Origin: Candidatus Latescibacterota bacterium
Lineage (GTDB): Bacteria > Latescibacterota > UBA2968 > UBA8231
Direction of reading: 5' to 3'
DNA length: 64,000 bases
Assembly (NCBI GenBank): GCA_964291625.2
Contig: OZ220089.1
Coordinates: 1,440,001 to 1,504,000, forward strand
Positions 1-9,144 of this stretch are shown piece by piece. Position numbers and translations under genes: made by a program. The notes below the pieces were generated by a model that was not told the DNA's origin, made no database searches, and saw nothing but the letters and a program-made list of their open reading frames with translations. Numbering within the stretch: the stretch's first letter is position 1; each line of letters begins with the position of its first letter.

Positions 1-545
1 TTTCGGAAATTCCTGGCCGCTGTATAGTTGTACAGAGCACGTCTCGCAGCTTCCTCTTGGTATAGCTGCTCATTGTGGTCCACTGGGCCCAGGATCGGCA
101 CGAACCCAATTGGACAGTTGAATTGTCGCCGAAAGGCTGATGGTGAGGTGGGTTGGCCTTGGTTGCCTTCCGCAATCAGAATGCAGGTATCCGTCTCCGG
201 AAAGTACAGATTTAGGGAGCCTCCATCCGATAGTGTGAATAGCACGGACGCAGGCTCTGAGTCATCATAGTCATAGAAGATATTCTCCTCGGCGACGGAT
301 GCACTGCTGATGTCTATCACATATCCAAAGGCTTGGCCATGAGGTCCCCGCACCGGTCCAGGTCTCCTTGAGGTTGCTCGTCGCAGTGCAACTGCCAAGA
401 CCCGAAATGCTGCAAGGACTGTCGACTTACCAGAATTGTTGGGACCTACCAGGATATTAAAGTGTCGAATATTCAGAGTGAACCGCTTGAAGGCTTTGAA
501 CCTGTGGAAGTCCACTCTCACGAATCTCTGCATTTCTTCACTCAT
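1..545 (-). CDS. AAA_15/ABC-type ATPase (OLD-like ATP-dependent nuclease family), runs off the left edge
   Basis: Absent from the ORF track; manual translation gives MSEEMQRFVRVDFHRFKAFKRFTLNIRHFNILVGPNNSGKSTVL with an N-terminal Walker A. The frame stays open to the window edge and is visibly lower in GC. Confidence 0.85.
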   Translation of the reverse strand, partial: MSEEMQRFVRVDFHRFKAFKRFTLNIRHFNILVGPNNSGKSTVLAAFRVLAVALRRATSRRPGPVRGPHGQAFGYVIDISSASVAEENIFYDYDDSEPASVLFTLSDGGSLNLYFPETDTCILIAEGNQGQPTSPSAFRRQFNCPIGFVPILGPVDHNEQLYQEEAARRALYNYTAARNFR

Positions 546-661
546 CAACTTGGCTCCAAGGAAGGAATATCCGGCGCGAGTCCCGATCTGAACGGCTTGC
601 GAGTACTTCCTAGCACCCGACATCCACCGCCGGCGTAGGAGCGCGTACCTGCTGCGCAGAG

Positions 662-1600
662 TCAGGTGTTGAGAGCGGGACCCCAGTACTTCCAGAGGTT
701 CCGCGGCACGTCGTAGCGCTCCAGCTTCCGCCCCGGGTGGTCCGGCGGCAGGAAACCTGTCCCAGTCACTTCCTCAGGCGAGTCCTTGCCCCGCGGCGGG
801 GGCGTCCATGGCTTCCCGTCCTTGTCGGGGAACATGACCATCGGCGCCTGCTCGCGCATCTTCCTGTGGGAGTAGCGCGCGAACTGCGCCACCCGCGGTT
901 GCCGTGACCCCGCCTCGTTCGCCGAGTTGACGTGGGTGGTGAGGCCGTGGAGCAGCAACGCGTCCCCTGCTCTCCCCGTCATGCATTCCACCTCGCCCAC
1001 GCGCGGGTCCCCTTCCAGGATCGCCCGGTGTCCGCCGCTGCGCACCGGCTCCGTGAAGAGGTAGGAGCCGTCGAATCGCTCGGGGTGCTCGAGGAAATAC
1101 CGGTGGTTCGCCAAGTGCGACCTCGGCCACCAGGCCGTGCCTCCGCCCCTGGGGCTGCTCACGTCCCACAGCAGCACCACGAGGAACGCCATGAACCCGC
1201 CGCCCCAGCCGGTCGCGTACCCATCCAGATGACCGTCGGCAGGCGGGACCCACTCGGTGCCCGGCTCGCTCGGCAGGATCACCCGCGTCATCGGCACCTG
1301 CGGCGACCACGGCTGCCCCGCCGGGTGGGAGGGGGCGAAGGCGCCGCCGCCGAGCTGCTCCACGATCGACTGGAGGCCGGGCAGGTCGTAGAGGCAGGGG
1401 CTCAGCTTGGGCCACCCGCCCTCGGGCGCGTACCGCCCGGCCGGCCAGGTGGCCGGGTCGTCGAGGTCGACGCCGTCGGCGGAGCAGGCGCGGCGGAACT
1501 CCGCCTGCCATCCCTCCAGCACGTCGGGAGGCACCAGGCCAGGAACCGGGACCGCCCCCTCGGCCTTGAACTCGTCCAGTTGTGCGGCTGTCAGCAGCAT
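662..1600 (-). CDS. Phytanoyl-CoA dioxygenase (PhyH)-family Fe/2OG oxygenase
   Basis: N-terminus MLLTAAQLDEFKAEG, HLD iron motif, GRAGDALLLHGLTTH distal His, downstream Arg. Confidence 0.8.
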   Translation of the reverse strand: MLLTAAQLDEFKAEGAVPVPGLVPPDVLEGWQAEFRRACSADGVDLDDPATWPAGRYAPEGGWPKLSPCLYDLPGLQSIVEQLGGGAFAPSHPAGQPWSPQVPMTRVILPSEPGTEWVPPADGHLDGYATGWGGGFMAFLVVLLWDVSSPRGGGTAWWPRSHLANHRYFLEHPERFDGSYLFTEPVRSGGHRAILEGDPRVGEVECMTGRAGDALLLHGLTTHVNSANEAGSRQPRVAQFARYSHRKMREQAPMVMFPDKDGKPWTPPPRGKDSPEEVTGTGFLPPDHPGRKLERYDVPRNLWKYWGPALNT

Positions 1601-1607
1601 GCTCGTC

Positions 1608-2075
1608 CTATCTCCGGGGTGACCGACGGCCTCCCCTCCTGCGAGTTTCCATCGATTCCAGCAGCAGCTCGATCTTGTCCCCATTGTTGCCCGTGAGTTC
1701 GGGAAGCGCTTTCACCTCCGCCCAGAAGAAGTCGAAGGGATGGATGACAGATCCGTCCTCCGCGAATTCCCCATGGCGCCAGGTTTCCTTCGTTGGCCCT
1801 TCTACGGACAAGTGAAAGAACCAGCGGTGCTGCAACTCATCACTCCCCCAATCCCGCATGTCCCGGGTATCCTGTGCCAGAAACCGCTCGAGCCTGAGCT
1901 GAGTCAGACCGGTCTCCTCCCTCCCTTCCCGCATCACGGCACTCTCGGGAGTCTCGCCGGCTTCAATCGTCCCGGCTGGAACCTGGATGCCGGCCTCCGG
2001 TGCCTCGGGGTGGGTGAAGAGGAGCAGGCGACTTCCATTCGTGATGTACGCGTAAGCTCTGTGGCGGATGTCCAT
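1608..2075 (-). CDS. NUDIX hydrolase
   Basis: Nudix box GTIEAGETPESAVMREGREETGL. Confidence 0.9.
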   Translation of the reverse strand: MDIRHRAYAYITNGSRLLLFTHPEAPEAGIQVPAGTIEAGETPESAVMREGREETGLTQLRLERFLAQDTRDMRDWGSDELQHRWFFHLSVEGPTKETWRHGEFAEDGSVIHPFDFFWAEVKALPELTGNNGDKIELLLESMETRRRGGRRSPRR

Positions 2076-2110
2076 CAACTCTCCAGGGCGGCGCCAGATC
2101 TCGGAGCCGA

Positions 2111-2848
2111 CTACCTCTTTCTCACCACGAAGAAGGCACGCTTCCCCAGCTCATAGGGCTCGCCGTCGAGTGACGAGTAGGCATCGCACACATCGAAGCC
2201 CACCTCGGAAAAGAGCAGGGTCAACTCCCGATATCCGTAGACCTGCATGGAGCTCGTCCTGGTCTCGGTGACTCCGTCCGCGATCAGGGTCCAATCACAA
2301 TCGATCCGGCCCTCCACGTGCCGGTAGTTCCTGTCCTCCAGCACGATGGTTTCGCCTACCTTGCTCCAACTACGAGGCTCAAGTCTCGGCAGTATCGTCT
2401 CCGCCACATTGGGGATGTCCAGGGCGAACCGCCCGTCGGTCTTCAAAGCTCGATGCACTGCTTCCAAGAACCGTCTGTTCCCGCCGTCGTCAAAGTATCC
2501 GAAGCTGCCCCAGAAGCAGAATGCCCCATCGAACCTCTCGGTCCACGGCAGGTCCCTCATATCGGTCTCGGCAAGTTCAAGGTCGAGGTTCGCTTCCTCT
2601 GAAGCGGATCGCGCCTCCTGAAGCAGGGCTGTCGTGATGTCGACACCCGTTACCCTGCATCCCCTCTCAGCCAGGGGAATCGCCAGTCTGCCGTTGCCGC
2701 ATGGCACATCGAGGACCCGGGATCCCGGCTCAAGGTCGAGCACGCGCGCGAGAAAGTCCACCTCGTCCGAGGTGCGCCCGGCCCGCGCTTCTCTCTGAAC
2801 GTCCAGCCAGTTGCCGGCGAAAAAGGTGTTCCACCACTCCGCAGTCAT
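2111..2848 (-). CDS. Class I SAM-dependent methyltransferase
   Basis: Motif I VLDVPCGNGR, then GVDIT and DMRDLP. Confidence 0.9.
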   Translation of the reverse strand: MTAEWWNTFFAGNWLDVQREARAGRTSDEVDFLARVLDLEPGSRVLDVPCGNGRLAIPLAERGCRVTGVDITTALLQEARSASEEANLDLELAETDMRDLPWTERFDGAFCFWGSFGYFDDGGNRRFLEAVHRALKTDGRFALDIPNVAETILPRLEPRSWSKVGETIVLEDRNYRHVEGRIDCDWTLIADGVTETRTSSMQVYGYRELTLLFSEVGFDVCDAYSSLDGEPYELGKRAFFVVRKR

Positions 2849-3411
2849 TCCTCTGGTCCTCGGATTCGTTTCACGATCTCATCCATGCCGGGTGAGTACT
2901 CCTTTTCCGTCGAGACATGAATCGTGGGCACGTCGAACTCCGGGGCTGCATACTCGCCCGGGGGCGCCATCTCGCCTGTCTCCCTGTATACCTCGACGCG
3001 CCTGTCGCCGTGGTAGAACTCCCGGTTCGGATCATCCAGGCCCCGCTGCAGATGGCGTCTGGCGGCCACCATCGGGTCAACGGCGCAGACGATGATGACG
3101 GGACTGCTCAGCTCGAGGATCCAGGGCATCCTCGGTTCCCAGACCTCATGCTGAAAGGCGGCCTCGATCACGACGGAGACCTCACCGGCAAGATACTGAT
3201 TCACCAGCTCGAAGAAGAAGTCGGAGACCACGGCGTTGGTCTCCGGCGGAAGCTGATCGTGCTTGACGCCGTGGGTGTTGACATAGCCTTCCTTGATCTC
3301 GTCGCGGCTGATGACGGGCATCCACAGCCGGCGGGCGAGCTTCCTGGAGAGGCTCGTCTTCCCGGATCCCGGCCGGCCGGTGACGATGATGCACCTGGGT
3401 CTACTGCTCAT
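2845..3411 (-). CDS. P-loop kinase (AAA_33-like)
   Basis: Walker A IIVTGRPGSGKT, ISRDEIKE, VVIEA. Start set at MSSRPR. Confidence 0.85.
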   Translation of the reverse strand: MSSRPRCIIVTGRPGSGKTSLSRKLARRLWMPVISRDEIKEGYVNTHGVKHDQLPPETNAVVSDFFFELVNQYLAGEVSVVIEAAFQHEVWEPRMPWILELSSPVIIVCAVDPMVAARRHLQRGLDDPNREFYHGDRRVEVYRETGEMAPPGEYAAPEFDVPTIHVSTEKEYSPGMDEIVKRIRGPEE

Positions 3412-4813
3412 CTCTCGCATGAGCCAGCTCACGCAGCACGTCGACCGCGAAGAGCACGTCCTCCCGCCGGCAGTCGAACTGCCCGACCTGGAAGCGGATG
3501 ACGAACCGGCCCTCGTGGACCGTCTGCGTCAGGTAGATCCGGCCGTCGTCGTTGACGGCGCGGAGCAGGCGCTCGGTGGCGGCGTTGGCGTCCTCGCCGT
3601 CGGGGGCGTACTGGAAGGTGAAGAGCGAGAGGCGGCAGTCCGTGGTCAGGCGGAAGCCCTCCAGCGCGGCGATGGCGGCGGCGGCCTCCCCGGCCCAGGC
3701 GACGTGGTTGCGGATGCGCCGGCGGAGGTCCTCCAGTCCGTGGGCGCGCAGCAGGAACCAGAGCTTCAGGGCCCGGAACCGGCGCCCCAGGGGGATGGTC
3801 CACTCGCTGTAGTTGGTGATCTCGCTCTGGCCGAGCGTCTGGAGGTAGTCCGGACGGACCCCGAGGGTGCGGACCTGCGGTTCGGGATCCGCCAGGAACT
3901 GGATGGTGCAGTCGAACTGCGCACCGAGCCACTTGTGGGGGTTGAAGGCAATGCTGTCGGCCCCTTCGACGCCGTCCCACAACTCCCGAAGCTCGGGGCA
4001 GATCATCGCCGAACCCGCCCACGCGGCATCGACGTGGACGTAGAGATCGTGCTCCCGCGCCACTTCGATGGTCTCGCGCACACGGTCGGAGGCGCCGACC
4101 GACGTGCCCCCGACGCACAGGACGACCCCGGCCGGCAGGAGACCCGCCGCGAGATCCGCCTCGACCGCCGCGCGGAGGGCCTCCGGATCGAGGGCCTGGG
4201 AACCATCGGTCGAAACCTTGACGAGGTGCTGCTGCCCGATCCCGGCGATTCGGACCGCCTTGTCGATCGACGAGTGGGTCTCCGGTGAAGCGTAGACCCG
4301 GAGCTGCTTCTCCCCCGCCACTCCGGAGTCGTTCCCTCGCCATCCGAGGGCCCGCTCCCGCATGGTCAGGACGGCGCACAGGTTGGCGGTGGTTCCCGTG
4401 TCCTGGATGACCCCCTGGAACCCCTCCGGCAACCCGAGGGCCTGGCGCATCCAGTCGACCATGCGGGTCTCGATCTCGGTCGCCGCCGGCGAGGTCTGCC
4501 AGAGCATGCACTGGGCCGCCATGACCGACGTCAGGCTCTCGGCGATCATCGAGACCGGCGCCGCGTTGGCGGGGAAGTAGGCGAAGAAGCGGGGGTGCTG
4601 CCAGTGCGTCATGCCCCCCGGCACGATGCGCTCGAAGTCGGCGAAGATCGTCTCCATGTCCACCGGCTCTTCCGGCGGAACCTCCGGCAGCATGGCGGCG
4701 ATCTCGCCCGGCGCGGTCTGGGCACGAACGGGCCGCTCGTCGAGCGTGGCCAGGTACTCGGCGCCCCAGCGGGCGGCCCGGTCAGCCCATCGGAGGTAGT
4801 CCTCTCGTTCCAT
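3401..4813 (-). CDS. Group II PLP-dependent decarboxylase (aromatic-L-amino-acid decarboxylase-like)
   Basis: PGGMTHWQHPRFFAYFP, HVDAAWAG, NPHKW (PLP lysine), LGRRFRALKLW. Confidence 0.92.
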   Translation of the reverse strand: MEREDYLRWADRAARWGAEYLATLDERPVRAQTAPGEIAAMLPEVPPEEPVDMETIFADFERIVPGGMTHWQHPRFFAYFPANAAPVSMIAESLTSVMAAQCMLWQTSPAATEIETRMVDWMRQALGLPEGFQGVIQDTGTTANLCAVLTMRERALGWRGNDSGVAGEKQLRVYASPETHSSIDKAVRIAGIGQQHLVKVSTDGSQALDPEALRAAVEADLAAGLLPAGVVLCVGGTSVGASDRVRETIEVAREHDLYVHVDAAWAGSAMICPELRELWDGVEGADSIAFNPHKWLGAQFDCTIQFLADPEPQVRTLGVRPDYLQTLGQSEITNYSEWTIPLGRRFRALKLWFLLRAHGLEDLRRRIRNHVAWAGEAAAAIAALEGFRLTTDCRLSLFTFQYAPDGEDANAATERLLRAVNDDGRIYLTQTVHEGRFVIRFQVGQFDCRREDVLFAVDVLRELAHARDEQ

Positions 4814-5730
4814 CAGATCCGCCCGAACTCCTTCAACGCCTTCAGCACCTCGACGGTCAGACAGCTCTTCCACTGCTGCTCGGCCTGCTCCCAGGCTTCC
4901 GGATACTGGCCATACCAGCTCCAGGCAGGGGACCAGGAGCCGTCTGGATTCTGATGCTCGATGTCGAAGTCCAGGTTCATCTCTACTTCGCTCGTCAGGG
5001 TCTCTGCCAGCACCGAGGTGGGGTTGGGGGCCAGCCAGAGCGGTCTGGCAGAAGGTTGCTTCAACTCCTCGGGCGAACCAGCGACGACGTGTCTTGCTCT
5101 CCGAGTCAGGACTTCCGTCAAGGTGTCCTTCCAGCGTTGTGGCAGGTCAGGCGTCTCAACCAGGTGAACACAGCAGATGAAATCGTACATGTTCATCTCA
5201 TCTGGCAACCCGGCTATGTGCTCCACAACCTCTTCGGTGAGCTGCCTGGTCAGACCCGCAGGCGCCAGCTCAGGGTACTCATGGAGATAGCCCACGACCT
5301 CCGCACGGGGATTGGCCAGGAATTGCCCGAAGGTCTCCGCCGTATTGTCGTAGTTCCACCACGGCGCATGCGGGAACTCATCCACCTCCTCCGGGACGAT
5401 CGGCCACACTCTCCGAGACGAGTTGTATTGCGCCAGCAGGTACTCGATCGCCTTCCGGACGATCTCGTCACTACTGGTTGCCTTGACCTCTCTGAGAATG
5501 CGCAGCGCCATCGTCGTGGTCATGACGGAGGAGCCCGGCATCTGGACATCGGGCTCGAGGCCACGGCCGAAACCGCCGTCCTCATTCTGGTAGCTGGCGA
5601 GTTCCTCCAATACCGCGGCCTGAGGGGCACCATCGAAGTGACAGGACAGAAGCCGGCGATCCATCTCCCGGCCCTGCTCCATCACGAAGGTCCTTGCTCT
5701 CTCGAATGCGCTACTGGTCAACAGCTTCAT
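4813..5730 (-). CDS. Prenyltransferase/squalene-cyclase repeat protein
   Basis: QW-type repeats YQNEDGGFGRGLEPD and QNPDGSW, plus HAPWW. Confidence 0.75.
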   Translation of the reverse strand: MKLLTSSAFERARTFVMEQGREMDRRLLSCHFDGAPQAAVLEELASYQNEDGGFGRGLEPDVQMPGSSVMTTTMALRILREVKATSSDEIVRKAIEYLLAQYNSSRRVWPIVPEEVDEFPHAPWWNYDNTAETFGQFLANPRAEVVGYLHEYPELAPAGLTRQLTEEVVEHIAGLPDEMNMYDFICCVHLVETPDLPQRWKDTLTEVLTRRARHVVAGSPEELKQPSARPLWLAPNPTSVLAETLTSEVEMNLDFDIEHQNPDGSWSPAWSWYGQYPEAWEQAEQQWKSCLTVEVLKALKEFGRI

Positions 5731-6403
5731 TTGCCTCGCCTCCCAGGACGTCAGGCCATCCACGCGTGAATGCCTCAACTTCGGCCGATGATGCAAGACG
5801 CAAGAACTGGATGTGCCGCCAGCGGGGCTCCGACATGTAGCGGCGCATGTCCCGACGCTTCCGCTCATGCTGCGTGACGATCCACCAGACGAGGGAGTCC
5901 TCCTTCCTCCAGACCATCAGCTGGGGCCAGAACCGCTCGTGATTCGTGCCCCACAGCAGCTCCTTCGACCGCCACCGTGTCCACGACCGCCAGAGCACCC
6001 GCCGGACGAGCAGGTGCCTGGGCAGATCCAGCCAGACGACGGTCTCCAATCGCGGCCAGAAGGCACGCTGCGAGAAGCTCATGTACGAGCCGGCGACGAC
6101 CCATCCATCTCCAGCCGTCGCCTCCGCCATGCGACTCTCGAGCCTCTGTGGATCCGTCTCGTTCAGCCCCACCCAGCCCGGCAGCCAGTTGAGGGCGTCC
6201 AGGTCCACGAAGGGGACCTGCAGGGCGGCCGCCAGCCGTTCGCCCAGAAAGCTCTTGCCGGAGCAACTGTTGCCGACCACGTGGATCCGCCGGCCGATCG
6301 GGGCTGCGCCACTGTTCGTGTTCCCTGGCTTCATCTGGCCACGCCTGACCGCGCCGGCCTGCTTGACGCCGGCCACGAGGTGGTCGAAGTCGCGCTCCCT
6401 CAC
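5711..6403 (-). CDS. Adenylate-kinase-like / FlaR-like P-loop protein with a foreign-looking N-terminal extension
   Basis: RIHVVGNSCSGKS, DLDALNWLPGW, WVVAGSY, VVWLDLP. The GTG start overlaps the upstream TGA. Confidence 0.8.
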   Translation of the reverse strand: MRERDFDHLVAGVKQAGAVRRGQMKPGNTNSGAAPIGRRIHVVGNSCSGKSFLGERLAAALQVPFVDLDALNWLPGWVGLNETDPQRLESRMAEATAGDGWVVAGSYMSFSQRAFWPRLETVVWLDLPRHLLVRRVLWRSWTRWRSKELLWGTNHERFWPQLMVWRKEDSLVWWIVTQHERKRRDMRRYMSEPRWRHIQFLRLASSAEVEAFTRGWPDVLGGEANEAVDQ

Positions 6404-6849
6404 TGGTCGGCCTTCAGACGTTCGTTCAGCTCCCATAGTGCGACCCGGTTGCTGTCCCATGTCAGCACTCTCGCAGCTTCCTCAAAGGACAACCAGCTGA
6501 CCTTGTCATGCTCCCGTGACAAGGCAAGCTCTTGCCCTGTGGCATCAACGGCGAACGAGTACTCAGGGACGACCAGGAGATCCCTGGGCCAGTGCTCTGT
6601 CGGACCGAATGCCGTCCTGGGGACGGAGGCTCGGGAGTCCAGCCGGATCAGCCTTGCTCCCCCCGGAATCCCCGCCTCCTCCTCCGCCTCGCGCCGCGCG
6701 GCCTGCTCCGCTGTCTCGTCGTCCTCGGCGCCGCCGGCGATGAACTGCCACATGGAGACATGGGCCCGATGGAAGACGGCGAACTCGTATCCGCCGCCCT
6801 CGCGCTCTCTGAACGGTATCACGATGACCTGCAGGGGCTGCCTGGCCAT
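6400..6849 (-). CDS. NUDIX pyrophosphatase (NudB-like)
   Basis: WQFIAGGAEDDETAEQAARREAEEEAGI and LSREH. Confidence 0.88.
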   Translation of the reverse strand: MARQPLQVIVIPFREREGGGYEFAVFHRAHVSMWQFIAGGAEDDETAEQAARREAEEEAGIPGGARLIRLDSRASVPRTAFGPTEHWPRDLLVVPEYSFAVDATGQELALSREHDKVSWLSFEEAARVLTWDSNRVALWELNERLKADQ

Positions 6850-6851
6850 GC

Positions 6852-7322
6852 TCAGACCGCGGCCCCGGCATCCCTCACGATGGCATCCCTGTTGGCCTCG
6901 ATCAGCTCCCGCTGCTCCGGCCACAGGGCTCCCGGAAGTGCATCGATTGGAAACCAGCCCATCTCTCGGTGATTGTCGGTCTCGGTAGGCGTTGCATCGA
7001 CCTGGTCGGTCCAGAACAGGTAGAAGTGCATGACATTCCACCAGCGCTTGTCCAGAGTCAACCGCTCCAGCACGTCGAGCTTTCTGATCAGCGTGATTTC
7101 CGACAACCCGGTCTCCTCTTCGATCTCCCGCCTGGCAGCCTCGAGCAGACTCTCGCCGGGCTCGACTCCACCTTTCGGCAGGACAAACCCCTGCGTGTCG
7201 CCTTCACGCGTAAAGGCGACGAAGGTCCCATCACCCGATACACGGACGACGACTCCGCCGCTTGCTACGCGCTCAGGTGTTCCCTCTGGGCGCTGATACC
7301 AGGATTCATCGATGCGCGGCAT
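6852..7322 (-). CDS. NUDIX hydrolase
   Basis: LPKGGVEPGESLLEAARREIEEETGL. Confidence 0.9.
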   Translation of the reverse strand: MPRIDESWYQRPEGTPERVASGGVVVRVSGDGTFVAFTREGDTQGFVLPKGGVEPGESLLEAARREIEEETGLSEITLIRKLDVLERLTLDKRWWNVMHFYLFWTDQVDATPTETDNHREMGWFPIDALPGALWPEQRELIEANRDAIVRDAGAAV

Positions 7323-7337
7323 GTTGCCACCCTTCGC

Positions 7338-8291
7338 TCACGACTCCATGTACTCCTTCAGGCGTTGCCACTGCCCATCAATCCATGGATGCTCTGGTGT
7401 CTGGGCCGCAGCCCAGAGAGTGAGCGATGCCGCTCGCCCTGCCATGGCCGCGGGCAATGCCCCTACCTCCGCCTGCGAGAGTTCCCGTACTTGCCCGTAG
7501 CTTTCCAGCAGGGCGGCGCGATTCTCTTTGAAGCCGGGTTTCCCCCAGGCGCCGGCAAGAACCACTGCCAGATCGAAGACATATTGGCCGTAACCGAAGT
7601 CATCGAAATCGATCAGGTTTGGCCGTTCGCCGTCAAACAGGACGTTGCCGAAACTCGGATCGCCGTGGATCAGACCATAGCGAGAGCATTCCGTACCAAT
7701 AGCGGCCTCGGCCTGTTCAAGTGCCCGTTGCGCATCCTCGAGATCCGCGCGAAGGGGACTGTCGATGCTCTCCCAGCCTCGCGTGACCATCGATCCTGAA
7801 GCACCCAGAGTGCCGTAGATGCCCTCACTGTCGCAGCGAGGACGTACGAACCCTTCGGGAGGCCTCCATTGGGCGGAGAACTCGTGGAGTCCTGCCAACG
7901 CGGCCCCCAACCCGGCATAGTGCCCTGGCGTCCTGTCATGCTGCAATGTCTCGCCCGGGAGCCATGAGCAGACGGAGACCCCGATTGCCTCTACAGTTGG
8001 GCTCGCTGACGCCTCCCAGAGAATCCCGCCACTGCGTCTGCGCAAGGGCCGCGGCGCCGGAAAGCCATCCTCGGTGAGAGCTTCGAGGAACAGGAGTTCG
8101 GACTCGATGGCTGATCTGTCGTGCCGGCCGGGACTGTACACACGAAGATACCACTGTCGACGGTCCTGTTGAACGCGGAAGGAGGTGTTCACCAGGTGTT
8201 GCAGCAGCAGGAGCGAGCCTCCCACCAGGTCGAAGTCTGCAAGACTGGCCTCGGCAACCTCCTGCACTGCTGTTGGAGATCGACTATCCAC
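7338..8291 (-). CDS. APH / type II homoserine kinase-like phosphotransferase
   Basis: Brenner motif LIHGDPSFGNVLF and LIDFDD. Confidence 0.88.
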   Translation of the reverse strand: MDSRSPTAVQEVAEASLADFDLVGGSLLLLQHLVNTSFRVQQDRRQWYLRVYSPGRHDRSAIESELLFLEALTEDGFPAPRPLRRRSGGILWEASASPTVEAIGVSVCSWLPGETLQHDRTPGHYAGLGAALAGLHEFSAQWRPPEGFVRPRCDSEGIYGTLGASGSMVTRGWESIDSPLRADLEDAQRALEQAEAAIGTECSRYGLIHGDPSFGNVLFDGERPNLIDFDDFGYGQYVFDLAVVLAGAWGKPGFKENRAALLESYGQVRELSQAEVGALPAAMAGRAASLTLWAAAQTPEHPWIDGQWQRLKEYMES

Positions 8292-8337
8292 GCTACGAGC
8301 TTGGCGAAGGGCGCAGAGAGGCCCGGTCCAGCCTGCC

Positions 8338-8637
8338 TCAGGGGGTACGGATCAGGGTCGACGCTGGGAGAATGCCATCGGTGAGCCTGTTCCGCTCTTG
8401 AGCCAGCTTGCGGAAGTCGCACTCCACCTGGATGCCCTGCCAGAACTCATCCGATTGACCGAAGAAGGCGCCAAAACGAATGGACAGGGCTGGTGTGATC
8501 GAGCGCCTCGCGTGAACGATTTCGTTGATCGTGCGAGGAGCCACGCCGATGGCACGGGCCATGGCGTTCTGCGAGATCCCCATGGGTTCGAGGTACTCCT
8601 TCAGGAGAATCTCACCAGGCGTAATCGGGTTTTCCAT
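8338..8637 (-). CDS. higA: HigA antitoxin (XRE HTH)
   Basis: [29 protein letters not shown]...INEIV...RSIT; lies downstream of the toxin. Confidence 0.92.
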   Translation of the reverse strand: MENPITPGEILLKEYLEPMGISQNAMARAIGVAPRTINEIVHARRSITPALSIRFGAFFGQSDEFWQGIQVECDFRKLAQERNRLTDGILPASTLIRTP

Positions 8638-8675
8638 TTCAGGGTTTTCCCCATGGCGTCATGACATGCTGGTGC

Positions 8676-8954
8676 CTAATGATAGTCCACAATCCCCACT
8701 TGGTCAGGTCCCTCATCGGTCCACCGAAAGACGATCCGCCACTGGTCGTTGATCCGAATGGAGTGAAACCCCGACAGGTTGCCCCTGAGTACTTCCAGAC
8801 GGTTGCCCGGCGGTACGGAGAGATCGCTGAGCCTGCGAGCCTGATTGATCTGGATGAGTTTTCGCAACGCCACCCGCGATATGGCCGCCAAGCGGCGGTT
8901 GCTTCCTCTGCGGAACAGTTCCTCTGTGTCCCGGTTTGCGAAGGATTGGATCAA
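8676..8954 (-). CDS. higB: HigB toxin (RelE/ParE fold)
   Basis: MIQSFANRDTEELF...PPGNRLEVLRG...HSIRINDQWRIVFRW...IVDYH. Confidence 0.93.
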   Translation of the reverse strand: MIQSFANRDTEELFRRGSNRRLAAISRVALRKLIQINQARRLSDLSVPPGNRLEVLRGNLSGFHSIRINDQWRIVFRWTDEGPDQVGIVDYH

Positions 8955-9144
8955 TCTGGGTGCGTCCTATGCATCACTGCTTCCTGCCGGGGTGGGAGCC
9001 GAACCTATCCATAGGGCTGAACAACTGCAACAGACTTCCCCCCCGCATCCGATATCTTGACCACCCCGGGACAGCTTCCTCTACTTTCCCTGAAGGCATG
9101 ACAGGCACTGCGCCGCCTACCTCCCAGCCGCAAGAGGCCCCCCC

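Noticed and set aside
8622-8654. Short GGAAAACCC duplication around the higA start
   Set aside because: Only 9 bp; too short to distinguish from chance.
662-8954. Classical integron cassette array
   Set aside because: No attC-like RYYYAAC...GTTRRRY sites in the very short spacers and no intI in the window.
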